A stretch of 64,000 nucleotides of DNA, taken from contig JBAQEZ010000001.1 of NCBI GenBank assembly GCA_049287005.1, positions 2,204-66,203 of the forward strand, written 5' to 3'. Shown one piece after another: positions 38,312 to 49,839 of the stretch. How positions within the stretch are numbered: position 1 is the first letter of the stretch; each line of letters begins with the position of its first letter. The translations under genes were made by a program, and so were the position numbers. The notes under the pieces are model-generated. The model had not been told where the DNA came from. It was given only the letters and a program-made list of their open reading frames with translations, and did no database searches. The DNA is from Candidatus Moraniibacteriota bacterium (GTDB taxonomy: Bacteria > Patescibacteriota > Minisyncoccia > Moranbacterales > UBA1568).

Positions 38312-38647
38312 CTACTCTGCGTTTGCCAAACGACGAGACAGCGCCAGCATCGCTTCAAAGTCGTCTTCTGCCGCTCCCTTGTTCTTCTTTTCGTGCCCAC
38401 ATTTTTGACAGCAATGCGTCAGAACATATCCCGTTCCTTCCTGTCTGAGAGCTATCGGTTCCATCAAACCTCCACAATCCGCCAAACGATCTCCCGGAGC
38501 GATGTCCACGTGCTTGCTCCACAGGCACTGCGCGCAATGATTCGTATAGCCATTCCCTACCATCGTTGCTCCGCAATGTTCACACAAAAAATCCTCCTCC
38601 CGTCGCTGAAACTTTTTCTCTGGTTTTTTTTCTTGCGATTGGGACAT
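38312..38647 (-). CDS. RNHCP-domain zinc-ribbon protein
   Basis: FLCEHCG...TNHCAQCLWSKHVD...CQKCGH: the Cys/His pattern matches the RNHCP family as I recall it. Confidence 0.5.
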   Translation of the reverse strand: MSQSQEKKPEKKFQRREEDFLCEHCGATMVGNGYTNHCAQCLWSKHVDIAPGDRLADCGGLMEPIALRQEGTGYVLTHCCQKCGHEKKNKGAAEDDFEAMLALSRRLANAE

Positions 38648-38799
38648 GCCGAAAAGAATAGGAGATATTTGATGCCTGCATTATATCAAAAATTCTCTCT
38701 CTAAGCGAAAAGTAACCCTCAAAAAAATACTTGCACTTCTCATTCTTAGCCCCCGGTTGGGAGGCCTGGCAGTAGAACGAAAGGAATTCCTCTCTTGTA

Positions 38800-40140
38800 T
38801 CACTTCTTTCCGGAAAGAATCGAGTTGATAACATCCTCATCCTGGCACGAATACTTCCTGCTCGCGGAATAAAAACGTTTTTTTGGTCCCTGACAGCCTC
38901 CGTTGTCCTTGTAGAGCGTTGCCAAGAGAGGCATCATGAAGCCTGTCCCTCGAGCCGTGAACGACGCATAGAGGTTACGGAGTATCGTTGCACGCTGCGG
39001 TTTGTCCATCCGCGTGAAAACACTCATGTCATCGCCCAGCTTACCGCTCCAATCGAGGTGCACGAAAACGTTGTTGGCCCGACTGGAAAAATCAGGATGC
39101 CACAAAAGCGCCCAACACCAGTCCCCTGGTTTCTGCCACCAGCGCGAAAAACACGGCCCGTTCTCGATACCGCCATCCTCCCCAATGCCCACTCCGCCTT
39201 CGATATAATCAAAGAGACGCAAATATCGCTCATCGATAATATCGTTGGTCTGCGCGCCGATGACAATTTTCATGCCGCGAAAATCAGCATACTCGCGCAT
39301 ATCCTGGATAACTTGCGGCATCATGCTCTCTGTCAGGTCGCCCGCATCCTGATAGAATACTTCTCCGAAAAGAAAACTCTGTACGCCGATATCCATGGCT
39401 TGTTCCGCAATGTACTGTACGTATCTACGGTATTCCTCCTTGCCGAGCGATGGCTTGCAGGTATGCTCTCCCCAGTAATTTTTGCTCCCGCTGCGGCACA
39501 TATCGCTGAAATTGAAATCGCGCTGCTCAGCCGGATACGCATACCGCGCCCGCGTATCGATCGCTTCCGCTATGAACATGCCGTACACCGTGTTGGGCTT
39601 GGTCACTTGCTTCTCTATTTTTCTAGCCAAGGCGAAATCCGGCGGACGAAGCCATGTTTCCAAAGCGCGATGCAGGTAATAACACTGTGAACGGTTGACC
39701 AAAGCTATAGAACTATTCACATCTCCGCCGTATCCTGAGAGAAAGCCGTCCGCCACGCAGCCCTGTTTTTTCATCCGCTCCATGGACGGTGGCGGAGGAG
39801 GAGGGAGGGTGGAGAGTTCTGGCTCTCCCTCTTTTTGCGGGATATTCGACTCATCAAGCGTCGGCTTCTCATCTACCCAATCGGAGAGCGGCGGCATAGG
39901 GATGGCCTCTGGCGGCGCCAGAGCGATTTCGTTGTTTGTATGAGAAAAAGGCGATAAGAAATAGAAGCCGCTTATGACAACCAGCGTCAGCGGAGCTGAG
40001 AAGAAAAGATGTTTTTCCCGGAACTTCTTTTTGCGTTCCAGCGGATAGAGTGGAAGCATAATGGTTTTTAAAGGGTACTCAGTAGTATACACCTCCGCGT
40101 CCAAAGAGAAAACCCTCACTTTACGGAATAAATTCAACAA
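38800..40140 (-). CDS. Hypothetical N-terminally anchored extracytoplasmic protein with a proline-rich linker
   Basis: TM helix (LTLVVISGFYFL) and a PPPPPP linker; no recognisable catalytic motif. Confidence 0.45.
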   Translation of the reverse strand: MLNLFRKVRVFSLDAEVYTTEYPLKTIMLPLYPLERKKKFREKHLFFSAPLTLVVISGFYFLSPFSHTNNEIALAPPEAIPMPPLSDWVDEKPTLDESNIPQKEGEPELSTLPPPPPPSMERMKKQGCVADGFLSGYGGDVNSSIALVNRSQCYYLHRALETWLRPPDFALARKIEKQVTKPNTVYGMFIAEAIDTRARYAYPAEQRDFNFSDMCRSGSKNYWGEHTCKPSLGKEEYRRYVQYIAEQAMDIGVQSFLFGEVFYQDAGDLTESMMPQVIQDMREYADFRGMKIVIGAQTNDIIDERYLRLFDYIEGGVGIGEDGGIENGPCFSRWWQKPGDWCWALLWHPDFSSRANNVFVHLDWSGKLGDDMSVFTRMDKPQRATILRNLYASFTARGTGFMMPLLATLYKDNGGCQGPKKRFYSASRKYSCQDEDVINSILSGKK

Positions 40141-40245
40141 ATAACCCCCCCCCTCTCCGTACTACCAAAAACCTTTTCTCACAAGCAACCTCCACGGAGG
40201 TCATTCGTTCGTGAAGCGATCGAACTTCTTTTATGAAATTTTTTT

Positions 40246-40273
40246 GGTCCGTCCCGCCGTGACGGGACGGCAC
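40246..40273. repeat. REP-like palindromic element GGTGCCGTCCCG-N4-GCGGGACGGA, copy 1 (minus-strand orientation)
   Basis: Near-identical ~27-nt sequence to the copy at 59634-59661 in opposite orientation. Confidence 0.7.
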
Positions 40274-40337
40274 CGTGCTCAAAAAAACTTCGACTCCTCC
40301 GGGAAAATTCTTGCGAAAAAAGCTACGTCAAGCAAAA

Positions 40338-40376
40338 TACTAAAAAGATCCCAAAACTTTTGGAATCTTTTTAGTA
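40338..40376 (-). terminator. Terminator of the atp operon (AT-rich long hairpin)
   Basis: TACTAAAAAGAT...ATCTTTTTAGTA 12-bp perfect outer stem plus an inner CCAAAA/TTTTGG stem, then TATTTTG on the minus strand. Confidence 0.6.
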
Positions 40377-40393
40377 TTGATTTCGAAACAGCA

Positions 40394-40840
40394 TTACAAG
40401 GCGCCATTTTCCAGAGAGATCCCTCTCCGGCTATGATGCTTGCGGGCGACTCTGACACGCGCCAACTCCTTCTCGAGGAGCGCCGCCGTGCGGGCGTATT
40501 CTTCTTCGCCCATATGCGCCTGCTCTTTCTTGAGATCCTCGGCTCGCTTGCGGGCTTCTTCCGCGCGCGCCAGATCGATTTCTTCTGCCCGTTCAGCCGT
40601 ATCAGCGAGAATCATCATGGTATTATCATGAAATTCGATGAAGCCGCCTGAGGTGGCGAGACTGATTTCCTCACCACCGGATGTCTTCCGTAAAACGATC
40701 TCTCCCGCTTGGATAGCGCCGATGTACGGCACATGCTCCGGAAGAATAGTCACCTCACCGCCCTCGACGGGCAGCGTCGCTTGATAGATTTCTTCTTCCA
40801 CCACGGTGCGCTCCGGAGTGACAATTTTAAATTTGATCAT
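40394..40840 (-). CDS. atpC: ATP synthase F1 epsilon subunit
   Basis: MIKFKIVTPERTVVEE... typical epsilon N-terminus; last gene of the operon. Confidence 0.9.
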   Translation of the reverse strand: MIKFKIVTPERTVVEEEIYQATLPVEGGEVTILPEHVPYIGAIQAGEIVLRKTSGGEEISLATSGGFIEFHDNTMMILADTAERAEEIDLARAEEARKRAEDLKKEQAHMGEEEYARTAALLEKELARVRVARKHHSRRGISLENGAL

Positions 40841-40933
40841 AGGTATAAAGATAAAGGATAAATGATGAGTGATGAGTGATCAAAAAAATATTCTGATCGT
40901 TCCTATCGCTTATCCAGCATCATGCATCTTGCA

Positions 40934-42331
<1,398 letters not shown>

Positions 42332-42362
42332 TCATTAAAAGGAATATTGATTATCTAAAAAA

Positions 42363-43262
42363 CTACTTCTGCACCGCCGCCATCCCAGCCGAGAGCTCCG
42401 CGATTTCCTGCGTGATCTTCCCCTGACGGATCTGGTTGTAGGCGAGCGTCAGATCAGACACCATGTCTTTGGCGGCATCGGTGGCATTGCGCATCGCCAG
42501 CATGCGAGACGATTCCTGTGAAGCGTTGGACTCGAGCACCGCGTGATAGAGCTCCATCTCGATCAGACGCGGGATCATCCGCCACAACACCTTTTTCGGC
42601 GATGGCTCTATGGCATACTCAGCCTGTGCCGTTCCTTTTTCTGACGCATCTGCTCCATTCATTTCATGAAAAGCTTTCTTGGTATCCTTGATCGCTACCG
42701 GAAGCAAGCCGCGCACCTTGACCTGCTGTACCATGACCGAAACGTAGTCGGTATACACCATCACCACGCGATCGACGCGCTTTGATTCGAACTCCTCGAT
42801 GATAATTTTGGCGATCGCCCGCATCCCTTCAACGGTCGGCGCCCCGATCACATCCGGAAAAGAAGCGATGATGTCCTTGCCGAACCGTCGCACGGACGAC
42901 TCACCTTTCTTGCCGATGGTGATGAAGACTTGCTCGCGAGCCGTATCTTCTTTGAGAATCTGGCGCAGATGTTTCACTACCTGAGCATTGAACGCGCCAC
43001 ACAATCCACGGTTGCTCGTGATCACCACGTACAGTTCTTTCTTCACTGCGCGGATAGCCAAGAGAGGATGGCTGTCCTCTTTGGTCGCCACACTCAACTG
43101 GCTCAGCAGTTCGATAGCGCTCTTGGCATAGGGACGGATAGCCAGTACCGACTGCACCGCTTTGCGCATTTTGACAGCCGAAATCATCTCCATGGCCCGG
43201 GTGATCTTTCCCGTGCTTTTCACTCCTTTGATACGTCTGCGAATGTCGCGTGCTGAAGCCAT
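42363..43262 (-). CDS. atpG: ATP synthase F1 gamma subunit
   Basis: MASARDIRRRIKGVKSTGKITRAMEMISAVKMRKA typical gamma N-terminus. Confidence 0.93.
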   Translation of the reverse strand: MASARDIRRRIKGVKSTGKITRAMEMISAVKMRKAVQSVLAIRPYAKSAIELLSQLSVATKEDSHPLLAIRAVKKELYVVITSNRGLCGAFNAQVVKHLRQILKEDTAREQVFITIGKKGESSVRRFGKDIIASFPDVIGAPTVEGMRAIAKIIIEEFESKRVDRVVMVYTDYVSVMVQQVKVRGLLPVAIKDTKKAFHEMNGADASEKGTAQAEYAIEPSPKKVLWRMIPRLIEMELYHAVLESNASQESSRMLAMRNATDAAKDMVSDLTLAYNQIRQGKITQEIAELSAGMAAVQK

Positions 43263-43272
43263 ACTTGCTTTA

Positions 43273-43436
43273 CAATTACCAATCACCAAATTCCAATCAC
43301 CAAGGAAAAACCGATTATCACTATTCAATCACCAAAATAAAACTCTTTCTTGATTATTTGGTTATTGATTATTGAAATTTATTTGTATCTTGCCTGCCTG
43401 CAGGCAGGCAGGGATTTTGGTTATTGGTTATTTAAA
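43273..43436. repeat. atpA-atpG intergenic repeat structure: 3-4 forward CAAT(C/T)ACCAA repeats, a 20-nt perfect GC palindrome TGCCTGCCTGCAGGCAGGCA (43391-43410), and inverted TTGGTTATTG repeats
   Basis: Direct reading; the palindrome is exact and the flanking 10-mers are reverse complements of each other. Confidence 0.85.
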
Positions 43437-44931
43437 GTGAAAAATTCTTTTTGAACGCAGCAATGTGTTTTTTCAACAGTTCTTCCACTTCCGGAGTCAG
43501 CGCCTTCTCTTTCAAAATAGCCGCCAACGCTTCTTTCCCTTCATTCCCTAGATGAGCCACTAATTCGCGCTCGAAACGGCTGATATCTTCCATAGCGATA
43601 TCATCCACGTATCCGCGGGTCAGCGCATACAAGACAGTGACTTCTTTCTCGACTGAGAGCGGCGCGTACTGCGGTTGTTTGAGTATCTCCGTCGCCCGTC
43701 GCCCACGCTCGATGAGCGCGCGGGTCTTTTCGTCGAGATCGGAACCGAACTGGGCGAAAGCCTCCAATTCACGGAATTGCGCCAGGTCGAGACGGAGCGT
43801 TCCAGCTACCTGCTTCATCGCTTTGATCTGTGCGGCTGAACCGACGCGAGAGACCGAGAGACCGACGTTGAGCGCTGGACGGATACCCTTGTAAAACAGA
43901 TCTGTTTCCAGATAGATCTGCCCATCGGTGATGGAGATCACATTGGTCGGGATATATGCCGACACGTCACCAGCCTGGGTTTCGATAATCGGCAGCGCCG
44001 TCAGCGATCCTCCGCCGTTTTCTTTGTTGAGTTTCGCACTGCGCTCGAGCAGGCGTGAGTGGACATAAAAAACATCTCCAGGATAAGCTTCGCGACCTGG
44101 TGGACGGCGCAAGATGAGAGAAATCTGCCGGTACGCGACGGCGTGTTTGGAAAGATCATCATAAATCACGAGGACGTCTTTGCCCTGATCCATGAAGTAT
44201 TCTCCGAGCGCACACCCGGCATACGGAGCGATAAAAGAAAGTGCTGCCGGATCAGATGCTCCGGCCACTACCACGGTCGTATATTCCATCGCGCCGCCTT
44301 TTTCCAGCTCAGCGACGATACGGGCCACTTTGGACTCCTTCTGGCCGATGGCGACATAGATACAGATGATATCCTGCCCCTTCTGATTGATAATCGTATC
44401 GATCGCGATCGCCGTCTTGCCCGTCTGGCGATCACCGATGATCAGCTCGCGTTGTCCGCGTCCGATCGGAATAAGTGCATCAATGGCCTTGATACCCGTC
44501 TGCACCGGCTGATGTACTGACTGACGGGTGATGACGCCGGGAGCGATTTTCTCTACCGGATAGAAGGCGTCCGCCTTGATATCCCCTTTGCCATCGATAG
44601 GCGACCCGAGCGGCGAGAGCACTCGTCCGATAATGCCGTTACCAACGGGCACGGAAAGGATTTTCCCCGTGCTTTTCACGATCATGCCCTCGCGCAAATC
44701 TTCCATTTCTCCCAACAGCATGATGCCAGCCTCTCCCTCCTCGAGATTGAGAGCGACCCCGATTACGCCGTTTTCGAACTCCACCATTTCAGATGCCATA
44801 ACCTCGGAAAGGCCAGCCACGCGAGCCACGCCGTCACCGACTTCCAACACCGTGCCGATCGCTTCCGCTTTCGGTTCATGATGAAAATCGGCAATGCTTC
44901 TTTTTAATTCTTGAATGAGAGGATTGGACAT
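43432..44931 (-). CDS. atpA: ATP synthase F1 alpha subunit
   Basis: GDRQTGKTA Walker A; 499 aa. Confidence 0.97.
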   Translation of the reverse strand: MSNPLIQELKRSIADFHHEPKAEAIGTVLEVGDGVARVAGLSEVMASEMVEFENGVIGVALNLEEGEAGIMLLGEMEDLREGMIVKSTGKILSVPVGNGIIGRVLSPLGSPIDGKGDIKADAFYPVEKIAPGVITRQSVHQPVQTGIKAIDALIPIGRGQRELIIGDRQTGKTAIAIDTIINQKGQDIICIYVAIGQKESKVARIVAELEKGGAMEYTTVVVAGASDPAALSFIAPYAGCALGEYFMDQGKDVLVIYDDLSKHAVAYRQISLILRRPPGREAYPGDVFYVHSRLLERSAKLNKENGGGSLTALPIIETQAGDVSAYIPTNVISITDGQIYLETDLFYKGIRPALNVGLSVSRVGSAAQIKAMKQVAGTLRLDLAQFRELEAFAQFGSDLDEKTRALIERGRRATEILKQPQYAPLSVEKEVTVLYALTRGYVDDIAMEDISRFERELVAHLGNEGKEALAAILKEKALTPEVEELLKKHIAAFKKNFSL

Positions 44932-44975
44932 ATGAATAGCGATTAGGTATTAAAATGGAGAAAGTAAAAACGAGA

Positions 44976-45377
44976 TTATTGAACGAGAGATTTTTTCAAA
45001 CTATTGAGTTCAGCCGCGAGAGTCGCGTCATAGAGCACTTCGTCCGTGCGAAAAACCGCTCCACCGATTACCCCTGGATCCATCACGTACTGAATCTCGA
45101 CTTTTTTATGAGGGAAAAGTTTGCTGGCTTGCGAAGAAAGCCGTGCCTTGGTATCTGCGTCCGCAACATGCGCCAACACGACAGTGACCGCTACGCGTCC
45201 ATCTTGCACAGCATCCATCTTCTCCAACTGTTTCAAAATAGCATTCATCTTTTTCTCTTCGCCACGACGTTTCAAAAAACCAAAAAAATTCCTCGCAATA
45301 ATCGACGCTGCCGCTGGCGTGGTCTCAGAAGACAACTCTGTCAAACTTCTCGCATATTGTGAAACGGTAGGACGCAT
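44976..45377 (-). CDS. atpH: ATP synthase F1 delta subunit (OSCP), short
   Basis: Operon position between atpF and atpA; weak OSCP-like N-terminus; only 133 aa. Confidence 0.7.
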   Translation of the reverse strand: MRPTVSQYARSLTELSSETTPAAASIIARNFFGFLKRRGEEKKMNAILKQLEKMDAVQDGRVAVTVVLAHVADADTKARLSSQASKLFPHKKVEIQYVMDPGVIGGAVFRTDEVLYDATLAAELNSLKKSLVQ

Positions 45378-45397
45378 GGCAAAAATTGAAAATCTTA

Positions 45398-45925
45398 TTA
45401 AACCATCTTCTCAATCAACTCCTTGTCTTTCGCCGTAGTTACTTTTTCTTTCAATACTTTTTCGACGGTCAGAACAACCATCTCAGCCACTTCCTGCTTG
45501 GCTTCGGCGAGTATCTTGTGTTTCTCTTCTTCTATCTTCACGCGAGCATCCTCGAGAAAACGCCTGGTTTTCTCTTCTGTTTCCAGCAGCCGTTCCGCAT
45601 CGCGCCTCTTCGCATTCGCCTCAGCCGCTTCGACAATCGCGCGAGCCTCGTTCCGAGCCTGCCCCAAAACCTGCTTTTCCTTTTCTTCCATCTCGGACAG
45701 TTTCATCTGGGCGGCCTCAGCATCCCGCAGGCCTTTGTCAATACGGGCGCTCCGGCTTTCCAGAAATGCCAACATCGGCCGGTAAGCGAAATGACGCAGC
45801 ACCAAAAAAAGGATGCCGAAATTGAGCGCTTGCGCGATGAGAAGCTTCCAATCAACACCCAATTTTGCGAAAATTTCCATAGCCGACGAAGAATCAGGAA
45901 TTAAGCCATCTGCATCCATGCCCAA
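45398..45925 (-). CDS. atpF: ATP synthase Fo b subunit
   Basis: Single N-terminal TM helix followed by a long charged helix. Confidence 0.85.
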   Translation of the reverse strand: MGMDADGLIPDSSSAMEIFAKLGVDWKLLIAQALNFGILFLVLRHFAYRPMLAFLESRSARIDKGLRDAEAAQMKLSEMEEKEKQVLGQARNEARAIVEAAEANAKRRDAERLLETEEKTRRFLEDARVKIEEEKHKILAEAKQEVAEMVVLTVEKVLKEKVTTAKDKELIEKMV

Positions 45926-45931
45926 AACGCG

Positions 45932-46204
<273 letters not shown>

Positions 46205-46265
46205 CTACAGCCTTTTCCCATATCTGTCCAACCGGACTGAAGGCGTTGCCCGCACTCTTCTAAAA

Positions 46266-47018
46266 TCAGTGCGCGGCCTCGATAGTAGCCATTTTCAGAA
46301 ACACGAGCGTCAGCATGGCAAACACGATCGCCTGGATAAATCCCACGAATATTTCGAGGAACATGAACGGAAGCGGAAGGAAATAGGGAACGAGATGAAG
46401 CATGACGGTCAGCAGCACTTCTCCGGCAAAAACATTCCCAAACAGACGGAAGGTGAAGGAGATCATTTTTCCGATCTCGCTGACCAATTCCAGAATACCG
46501 ACAGCCGTACCGATGCCATATGGCTTGTGCAAAGGACTGACAAAAAATTTCTTGCCATACTTGACGATGCCCAAAGCCGCGATCCCGGTAAACTGCACCG
46601 TCACCACGGTGATCAGCGAAAGCGCCAAGGTAAAGTTGAGATCCGCCGAAGTGCTGCGGAGGAAAGGCACGATGGTCGCGTGCGCCCCTTCGCCGTGGAG
46701 TGCTCCGACCGTTCCCAATCCCGGCAGCAGCCCCACCCAGTTGGCGATGAGCACGAACAAAAAAATTGTCGCGATGAGCGGAAAAAATTGTCGCGCTTGT
46801 TTCTTGTCTTGCGTCACGCTTTCTATCAGATCAAGCAACGCCTCAAAAATAAGCTCCAGCACATTTTGGACGCCGCGCGGCACAAGAGTCATCCGTTTGA
46901 GCACAATCTGCGTCACAAGAACCAAAAAAATGCTCACCGCAAAACCGACGAGCAACGCATTGGTCACCGGGAAGCTCCCGATACTGAAAAGTTTTTCCGC
47001 GGCAATGGATATTTCCAT
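46266..47018 (-). CDS. atpB: ATP synthase Fo a subunit
   Basis: Polytopic protein; conserved R in the penultimate helix (FTFRLFGN); first gene of the operon. Confidence 0.9.
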   Translation of the reverse strand: MEISIAAEKLFSIGSFPVTNALLVGFAVSIFLVLVTQIVLKRMTLVPRGVQNVLELIFEALLDLIESVTQDKKQARQFFPLIATIFLFVLIANWVGLLPGLGTVGALHGEGAHATIVPFLRSTSADLNFTLALSLITVVTVQFTGIAALGIVKYGKKFFVSPLHKPYGIGTAVGILELVSEIGKMISFTFRLFGNVFAGEVLLTVMLHLVPYFLPLPFMFLEIFVGFIQAIVFAMLTLVFLKMATIEAAH

Positions 47019-47022
47019 AAAA

Positions 47023-47052
47023 AAAGCGCTTTGATAAACACAAAAGCGCTTC
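47023..47052 (-). terminator. Palindrome pair AAGCGCTTT...AAAGCGCTT hairpin plus U-tract ending 5 nt before the atpB ATG
   Basis: 9-bp stem, 10-nt loop, TTTTT, then ATG; likely terminates upstream transcripts. Confidence 0.45.
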
Positions 47053-47053
47053 T

Positions 47054-47082
47054 ATTGTATCAGCGAAAGTGATATCCGTCAA
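47054..47082 (-). promoter_or_regulatory. Putative sigma70 promoter of the atp operon (TTGACG-17-TACAAT)
   Basis: Minus strand: -35 at 47082-47077, -10 at 47059-47054, 17-nt spacer; would give a ~30-nt leader. Confidence 0.45.
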
Positions 47083-47186
47083 TCTGACTTATTTCGTAGG
47101 AAAGAGCGTTTCCCGAAGCTTCTCGGCCGCACGAGCTTTGTCTGCCTCATCGGTTGCCTGCAGAGACAGCGTCTCCTCCGTTGTCC

Positions 47187-47465
47187 CTATGACACCCCCA
47201 TGAACAAGCGGCTTGCTCTCAGTCGTTTCCCCACGCAGGAGTCTTCCGTTGTCGACACTCGCCCTGTTGGAAGTTTCTGATGAAACAATGGACGCGTATC
47301 CCCCGTTGGCAACGGAGCGGACACCTCCGCCGAAATCCGCGGGCGTGCGGGATCTGTCTTTTTTTCCGGAGCTTCAGCAGCTCCCTGTTTAACAGGCTCC
47401 TCTGGTTTCTTTTTTCTTCTCCATATTTCAAACATACCCTTGCCTTTAATACGCCTCGTATACAA
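47187..47465 (-). CDS. Questionable small basic/Pro-rich ORF
   Basis: 92-aa low-complexity ORF; no SD, no domain. It may be non-coding leader sequence between tatD and atpB. Confidence 0.15.
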   Translation of the reverse strand: MYTRRIKGKGMFEIWRRKKKPEEPVKQGAAEAPEKKTDPARPRISAEVSAPLPTGDTRPLFHQKLPTGRVSTTEDSCVGKRLRASRLFMGVS

Positions 47466-47471
47466 AATTTC

Positions 47472-48347
47472 TTATATATTGAAAACCTGTCTCCCGTTCA
47501 TCTCGGTGGATCGTTCGATAGCCTCGGGCGTAAGGCCTCTCAGAAGAGCGATTTCCTCCGCCACCGCCACGACGAATGCCGGCTCGTTGCGCTCTCCCCG
47601 CTTGCCCTGCGGTGCCAGGAAAGGACAGTCCGTCTCAACAAACAATCTCTCGATTGGCACCAGCTTCACCGTTTCGGTCAGATCATCCTTGGTTCCGACA
47701 AGCGTTTTCTTGACAGGATACGTGATATTGCCAGCGAAAGAAAAATACACATGGGACAGCGCCAGAAACTTTCGGGTCGTTTCCGTGTCACCCATGTAGC
47801 AGTGCAAAATAGCTTTTATCCGCCAGCTGGCGGATTCGTTAGCTTTTAAAATCTCCAAAAGGTCTTCATAAGCATCCATGCTGCCCGCAGATGGGCGAGT
47901 ATGAATGATAAGCGGCAGAGAGAGTTCCTTCGCCAGGGCAATCTGCGCCATAAAGCCTGCTTTCTGCGCCACCTTCTGTTCGTCAGTCATCACTTTTGCT
48001 GGGTCATGGGAAAAATAATCCAACCCGCACTCCCCGATCGCTATCACCTTCTCGTGTTGAGCAAGCTTCTTCAATGCTTCGATAAGCTTTCGAATTTCTT
48101 CACCGAACAACTGGAGCTTGTTTGAAAATTGTTTTTCAATGAGCTCATTGAAAAAGTGCGGATGTATTCCCACGGCAGCAAAAACCCCCTCATATTTTTC
48201 AGCCACGGCGAGAGCGAGAAGATCATCCTCCGGCTCGGTTCCGACGCAAACCATTCGCGTAACGCCTGCTTCCCGCGCGCGCGACACCACTTCGTCTCGG
48301 TCAGCGTCATAACTTGTCCAAAAGAGATGCGTGTGAATGTCAATCAT
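47472..48347 (-). CDS. tatD: TatD-family metal-dependent hydrolase/DNase
   Basis: MIDIHTHLF N-terminus with an HxH motif; sits downstream of metG as in many bacteria. Confidence 0.88.
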   Translation of the reverse strand: MIDIHTHLFWTSYDADRDEVVSRAREAGVTRMVCVGTEPEDDLLALAVAEKYEGVFAAVGIHPHFFNELIEKQFSNKLQLFGEEIRKLIEALKKLAQHEKVIAIGECGLDYFSHDPAKVMTDEQKVAQKAGFMAQIALAKELSLPLIIHTRPSAGSMDAYEDLLEILKANESASWRIKAILHCYMGDTETTRKFLALSHVYFSFAGNITYPVKKTLVGTKDDLTETVKLVPIERLFVETDCPFLAPQGKRGERNEPAFVVAVAEEIALLRGLTPEAIERSTEMNGRQVFNI

Positions 48348-48390
48348 AAAAAGTTCATGGTACGGAAAAAATTTCAAATCTTTTTTGCTC

Positions 48391-49830
48391 TTATTTCAAT
48401 CTTACAAAAAGAGGTTCGGTTTTCCCATCTGCCAGAGCCTGAGAAATCTTGCCTGCGGTCTCTGGAAGGAAAGGGCTCAGAACGAGTCCGATGTAACCCA
48501 CCAATCCGAAAAGGCTCCGCATGATCTCATCAAACTTCCCCGGATTCGTTTTCGCCATTTCCCAAGGCTTGTTTTCATCAATAACCTTGTTGGCTTCTCG
48601 TACTTTCACCCAAATCAATTCCAAGCTATCGGAAAATCTGTACTCATTCAAAGGAGCGAGTTCTTTGGTTTTTAAATGAAGACTCTCATCTTTCGTACTG
48701 ATACCGATGGGTTCCCGAAGCTGCTCTGACAATTTCACAACGCGCGAAACGAGATTCCCAAGGCCATTAGCCAGATCAGCATTATATTTCTCCATGAGAC
48801 GCTCCAGGGTAATATCCGGGTCGTTCTCGAGGTTGCCCGATGAAAGAAGGAGGTACCTCGTGCCATCCTTCCCGAAACGTTCGATCAGCTCATCTGGCGA
48901 AATCCCGTTACCCAGCGACTTCGACATTTTCTGTCCGGCTACGAGGATATGTCCGTGAATAAGAATCTGTTTGGATGGCTCGAGGCCGGCCGAAAAAAGC
49001 ATCGCCTGCCACATGGCCGACTGCTGACGGAGATTGTCCTTGCCGGCGATCTGCAGTCCCGGCCAGAACTTCTTGAAATTCGCTTCATCTTCAGGCCAAT
49101 GCAAAGTAGAAATATAATTCACCAGCGCATCAAACCACACGTACATCACGTGAGTATTATCCCCCGGCACCGGAATTCCCCACGGCATCTTGGCCGCGAG
49201 CCGTGAGATGCTGAAATCCTGCAGTCCGCCTGCGACGAAATTTTTTATCTCCACAAGCCGGTTCGCTGGCACCACAAAATCAGGCCGATCGGCAAAGAGC
49301 CGAAGCAGCGTATCTTGATGCTTCGAAAAGCGGAAAAAATAATTTTCCTCCTCGACAATCTGGATTTCCATGTTCGGATGATCCGGGCACTTGCCGTGGT
49401 CAAGGTCGGAATCTGTTTTTTCCAACTCACAGCCGACACAATATTTCGTCTGATACTCCTTCTTATAAATATCGCCAGCTGCCTCGCAGCGTCGCCAGAA
49501 TTCCTGGGCTGTCTTTTTGTGGTGCTCGTCCGTCGTCCGGACAAAATGCGTATAGCTGATATCCAGCGTCTCTTTGACGGCTCGAAAGTATTCGGACATC
49601 CGGTCGCAGTATTCCTGTGGGGTGACGCCTTCTTCGGCAGCCTTCTGCAGAATCTTCTGCCCGTGCTCATCAGTGCCGGTGTTGAAAATAACCTCATCGC
49701 CCCGGAGACGGGCCATCCGCGCCAGAACATCCGCCTGGACAAACTCCAAAACATGCCCCAGATGCGGCCGGCCGTTGACATACGGCAGGGTGGTAGTGAT
49801 ATAAAATGGCTTGTTTTCAGTACTTTTCAT
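48391..49830 (-). CDS. metG: Methionyl-tRNA synthetase (short form without a C-terminal dimerisation domain)
   Basis: PYVNGRPHLGHVLEF HIGH motif, KMSKS, a CxxC...CxxC knuckle; 479 aa. Confidence 0.95.
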   Translation of the reverse strand: MKSTENKPFYITTTLPYVNGRPHLGHVLEFVQADVLARMARLRGDEVIFNTGTDEHGQKILQKAAEEGVTPQEYCDRMSEYFRAVKETLDISYTHFVRTTDEHHKKTAQEFWRRCEAAGDIYKKEYQTKYCVGCELEKTDSDLDHGKCPDHPNMEIQIVEEENYFFRFSKHQDTLLRLFADRPDFVVPANRLVEIKNFVAGGLQDFSISRLAAKMPWGIPVPGDNTHVMYVWFDALVNYISTLHWPEDEANFKKFWPGLQIAGKDNLRQQSAMWQAMLFSAGLEPSKQILIHGHILVAGQKMSKSLGNGISPDELIERFGKDGTRYLLLSSGNLENDPDITLERLMEKYNADLANGLGNLVSRVVKLSEQLREPIGISTKDESLHLKTKELAPLNEYRFSDSLELIWVKVREANKVIDENKPWEMAKTNPGKFDEIMRSLFGLVGYIGLVLSPFLPETAGKISQALADGKTEPLFVRLK

Positions 49831-49839
49831 AGAATAATA

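Noticed and set aside
38804-38819. 16-nt perfect palindrome TTCTTTCCGGAAAGAA
   Set aside because: Lies inside the last codons (ILSGKK) of the 38800-40140 gene. It is likely coincidental or part of a weak terminator; not enough to call.
47219-47431. Alternative 70-aa minus-strand ORF in the tatD-atpB spacer
   Set aside because: Overlaps the equally dubious 92-aa ORF in another frame. Both are low-complexity with no signals, so the spacer is more likely non-coding.
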